NCBI GenBank assembly: GCA_965205655.1
Contig: CBDBIJ010000022.1
Span: 64,001 to 128,000, forward strand
DNA: 64,000 nt
Origin: Candidatus Latescibacterota bacterium
GTDB taxonomy: Bacteria; Latescibacterota; UBA2968; UBA8231
Reading direction: 5' to 3'
Shown piece by piece: positions 61,006-64,000 of the stretch (the first letter of the stretch is position 1; each line of letters starts with the position of its first letter). The notes beneath the pieces are model-generated. The model saw only the letters and a program-made list of their open reading frames with translations, did not search any database and had not been told where the DNA came from. The position numbers and the translations under genes are program-made.

Positions 61006-62252
61006 GGTATATTCAATTGGTCAATGCAACATTCTCCCCACTAATCTAATCATAGGAGATGTTGCACATGGCTCAAATGGGACGACCAGGATTGTCCGCG
61101 TCACAGAAGTCGGAGGTATGGCGTCGATGGAAGAGCGGCCAGTCGCATAGCGATATTGGTCGGGCGCTCGGGAAGCATCCGGCGTCGATTCATGGTGTCA
61201 TCACCGCCAATGGGGGCATCGTACCAATGCCGCGTCGACGCTCTCGATGGGCTCTTGGCTGGGAAGAGCGTGAAGAGATCTCTCGAGGTATCGCTGCGGG
61301 AAAATCGATACGAATAATTGCGGCCGCTGTTGAGCGTGCACCCTCGACGGTTAGCCGAGAGATTGCCCGCAATGGCGGGCGGCAAAGGTACCGAGCAAAC
61401 GTCGCCGACCAAGCAGCCTGGACGCGCGCCAGCCGGCCGAAATGCTGCCGACTCGCATCCAATCTTCGTTTGCGGCGAGTCGTGGCGGACAAGCTACGCC
61501 TGAAGTGGTCACCTGAGCAGATATCGGGATGGCTGAAGCGGGAGTATGCGCTTTTAGGAAATATGCAGATATCCCACGAAACGATCTATCGAACTCTCTT
61601 CATCCAGGCACGCGGGGCACTCAACAAGGACCTCATTGCGCATCTGCGGACGCGAAGGATGATGCGGCGATCCAAGAAGGCAAGCACACGCGATCAGCCG
61701 AGAGGCCGGATCGTCGACGCCGTATCCATCAGCGAGCGGCCTGCCGAGATCGAGGACCGCGCCGTTCCCGGCCACTGGGAGGGAGACTTGATCTCGGGGT
61801 CGAACAACACGCACATCGCCACGTTGGTGGAGCGGCAGTCTCGGTTCACGATGCTCGTGAAGCTCAACGGCAAAGACACCGAGACCGTTGTCAGAGCGCT
61901 GATCAGCCAGGTGAAACGACTCCCCTCCGCGGTGCGGTTGTCCCTTACCTGGGATCGAGGAATGGAGCTAGCTCGGCGCAAGGAGTTCTCGATCGCAACT
62001 GACGTCGAGGTGTATTTCTGTGATCCTCAGAGTCCCTGGCAACGAGGCACAAATGAGAACACGAATCGCCTTCTTCGACAGTACTTCCCGAGGAAGACCG
62101 ATCTGTCGCCATTCTCCCAAGCCGACCTGAACAGAGTCGCTCTTCAACTGAACCAGCGCCCGCGGAAGACGTTGGGGTTCGTTTCACCCGCAGAACGCTT
62201 CAATGAAGGTGTTGCGTTGACGAAGATGTTGCGTTGACTGGTTGAACTCGCG
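61006..62252 (+). mobile_element. IS30-family insertion sequence
   Basis: Imperfect TIRs TTCAATTGGTCAATGCAACA / TTCAACCAGTCAACGCAACA. Exact ends uncertain by a few bp. Confidence 0.85.
61068..62237 (+). CDS. IS30 transposase (intact frame)
   Basis: STVSREIARN, WSPEQI, SHETIY, GHWEGD, TWDRG, PWQRGTNENTN, LNQRPRKTLG. Confidence 0.95.
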   Translation: MAQMGRPGLSASQKSEVWRRWKSGQSHSDIGRALGKHPASIHGVITANGGIVPMPRRRSRWALGWEEREEISRGIAAGKSIRIIAAAVERAPSTVSREIARNGGRQRYRANVADQAAWTRASRPKCCRLASNLRLRRVVADKLRLKWSPEQISGWLKREYALLGNMQISHETIYRTLFIQARGALNKDLIAHLRTRRMMRRSKKASTRDQPRGRIVDAVSISERPAEIEDRAVPGHWEGDLISGSNNTHIATLVERQSRFTMLVKLNGKDTETVVRALISQVKRLPSAVRLSLTWDRGMELARRKEFSIATDVEVYFCDPQSPWQRGTNENTNRLLRQYFPRKTDLSPFSQADLNRVALQLNQRPRKTLGFVSPAERFNEGVALTKMLR

Positions 62253-62457
62253 GTCACAAAATATCAATAAATAACGAATATCAGGGTAAAATTAGCCCGA
62301 CAGATAAAATTGTTCACACAAAGAAAGCGAAAGCACTGGAATCGCCGGGGTTGCATATCGGTCATAGCATCAATCTGCAGATCAGCGAAGATTATGCTTT
62401 TTCTATAGATTCTTGGCCACCAAATTCCGTCATGTGTCCCATCCCGCCGCTCATGGC

Positions 62458-63470
62458 TTAGAACGCGATTGCGATCTGGCTCTTCAAATCGCTGCTTGCG
62501 CTGCCGCCGGCGGGTGAAGTGTGTCGGTACTGTAGTTTGAGTGCTGCCAGGTGGGACAGGTGGTAGCTGAACCCCACCGAGTAGCTCTTTGTGTCCTTCG
62601 GTGTATAGAACGCGTCGTCGTCGTCCACTTTGGTGTAGTCGAACTTTGCGAAGGGCGTCCATTGATTGATGTCGTGCGCAGCCATGATATACAGCGCCTT
62701 GGCGGAGACGTCCTTGCCGCTGTCATCTGCCTCACCGCTGGCCAGCGCCATTTCTGCCTCGAATAGAGTGGACCCCCTAAAGCGCGCACCGATGCTCGGA
62801 GAAATGACGAGCAGGGTTAGATCTTCCCCGGCGGCCGCCGAAATGCTTTCCCTGTAGAGCGATAAACCGATTTCTACATCCTCTTTCGCTTTCGTGCTCA
62901 CGTGCAGGTTGAGTGACTTGCCATCGTTGTTATCGTCGACGGCCGTACTGCCGATACCGTTGCCGATCATCAGGTCGTAGGATAGTCGGGCGCCTGAGAT
63001 CTGTTTCCCCGACACGAGGAGTCCAGTAGTGTGTATCGGAAAGAGGCTTCTCGTCACCGGTTTGCCGATTGAGGGAAATAGGATCGAGCCGTGGTGGTAG
63101 GTGCGATTCCAACGACCGACCGCCGAGTGGAACTTTCCGGCTGAAACCTTCAACAGCGGACTGAATTCGTACCGCACCCAGAACCGCTCCAGCGATAGCT
63201 CCCAGCCATCATCCGGGCCCTCGTGCTCGTAGGTGACTTCGCTCAGGTACGAGGTGCGCTCGTCCAGGGTGCCGATGATGTAGGTGTCGTATTCGCCCAG
63301 TCTGAAACGCGAGTCGGCCTTTGTTCCTTCGACGACTTCGAAATTGACATCGGCAAAGCCGTGTGTCGCCTTGACGATCTCGGCCGACCAACCGAGGCTC
63401 GGTGCCAGCATCAATGCAACTGAGAAAAAGAAACGTCCGCATGCGCCTAAAGGTAGTTAGAAAACCCCAT
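62458..63470 (-). CDS. Porin-like outer-membrane beta-barrel
   Basis: LERFWVRY, SAGKF, WNRTYHHG, NNDGKS, terminal Phe (QIAIAF). A full signal peptide needs a frameshift from ATG 63470; otherwise the start is near 63414. Confidence 0.7.
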
Positions 63471-63509
63471 TCTCGCTCGGCTTGCTTCGGCTATCTCGGT
63501 TTCAATGGC

Positions 63510-63537
63510 TTGACACCGCTTCCACGCCGCCTAGACT
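63510..63537 (+). promoter_or_regulatory. Putative sigma70 promoter
   Basis: TTGACA-N16-TAGACT about 70 bp upstream of ATG 63607. Confidence 0.5.
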
Positions 63538-63606
63538 ACGGACGCAGAGTGCCAGTATGCCGCGGCGCGCTGCCGCGACGAGCGACGGCATCAGGAGGAA
63601 TCGGTC

Positions 63607-64000
63607 ATGACAGTCGAGCGAGATCTAAAGGTCGGACAAGCTTCGTTCGGCCCGGACGGCCAGGATGTCGGCCCCGTCACACAAGCTCGCCGCAGGGGAA
63701 GGGGACCCGCGATCTGGCTCGCCGGCGACCCCGACGAGCTGCAAGAGTGGATGCCCCTCGGCATCACCGGCATCGTCACCAACACCGTGGTGATGAACAT
63801 GTACGTGAAGAACCACGGCCCCGTCATCGACCTCATAAAGAAGTACCTCGACATGACCGACAAACCCATCGTCGTGGAGATAGACGGACACAGCCTCGAC
63901 GAGCTGCTCGATGTCGGCGGAGTGTTCACGAACCTGTCCGACCAGATCATCCTCAAGATCCCGTGTTCCGTCAACGGCCTCAAGGCGTTTGCGGCCCTGA
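63607..64000 (+). CDS. Transaldolase/fructose-6-phosphate aldolase family, divergent (runs off window end)
   Basis: AGGAGG RBS. Hand translation: ...IWLAGDPDELQEWMPLGITGIVTNT...PIVVEI...IILKIPCSVNGLKA. Confidence 0.75.
   Translation, partial: MTVERDLKVGQASFGPDGQDVGPVTQARRRGRGPAIWLAGDPDELQEWMPLGITGIVTNTVVMNMYVKNHGPVIDLIKKYLDMTDKPIVVEIDGHSLDELLDVGGVFTNLSDQIILKIPCSVNGLKAFAAL

Noticed and set aside
1..64000. CRISPR array, rRNA/tRNA, prophage, anti-phage defence or retroelement
   Set aside because: No repeat-spacer periodicity, RNA-gene signature, phage structural gene, nuclease/NTPase defence motif or reverse transcriptase was recognised by eye.

Overview
GC-rich bacterial DNA with about 55 genes or gene remnants. 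No rRNA, tRNA, CRISPR array or phage genes were recognised. The content is mostly catabolic and envelope functions: four phytanoyl-CoA dioxygenase (PhyH)-family enzymes, two enolase-superfamily dehydratases, a sulfatase, sialidase-like and other beta-propellers, a GH42/GHL6-like hydrolase, SDRs, MmgE/PrpD, PrpE, an amidase, peptidases, a NatAB-like ABC exporter and beta-barrels. This mix resembles Latescibacterota/Poribacteria-type diderm heterotrophs (inference only). The region is decaying. It holds five mobile elements (an IS630-type MITE, two IS256, IS1380, IS30), three of which split genes that can be restored exactly from their target-site duplications. It also has in-frame stops, many 1-bp frameshifts (some possibly sequencing error), and four 'collapsed' genes that keep both termini but lack the middle. 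The best candidates for undescribed biology are an internally duplicated His-rich protein between two SDRs opposite MmgE/PrpD, a DUF4097 beta-solenoid with a strict 18-residue His ladder, a PhyH with a large inserted domain, and a probably leaderless beta-propeller pair facing a GH42-like gene. All family calls come from motif recognition by eye; no database search was run.
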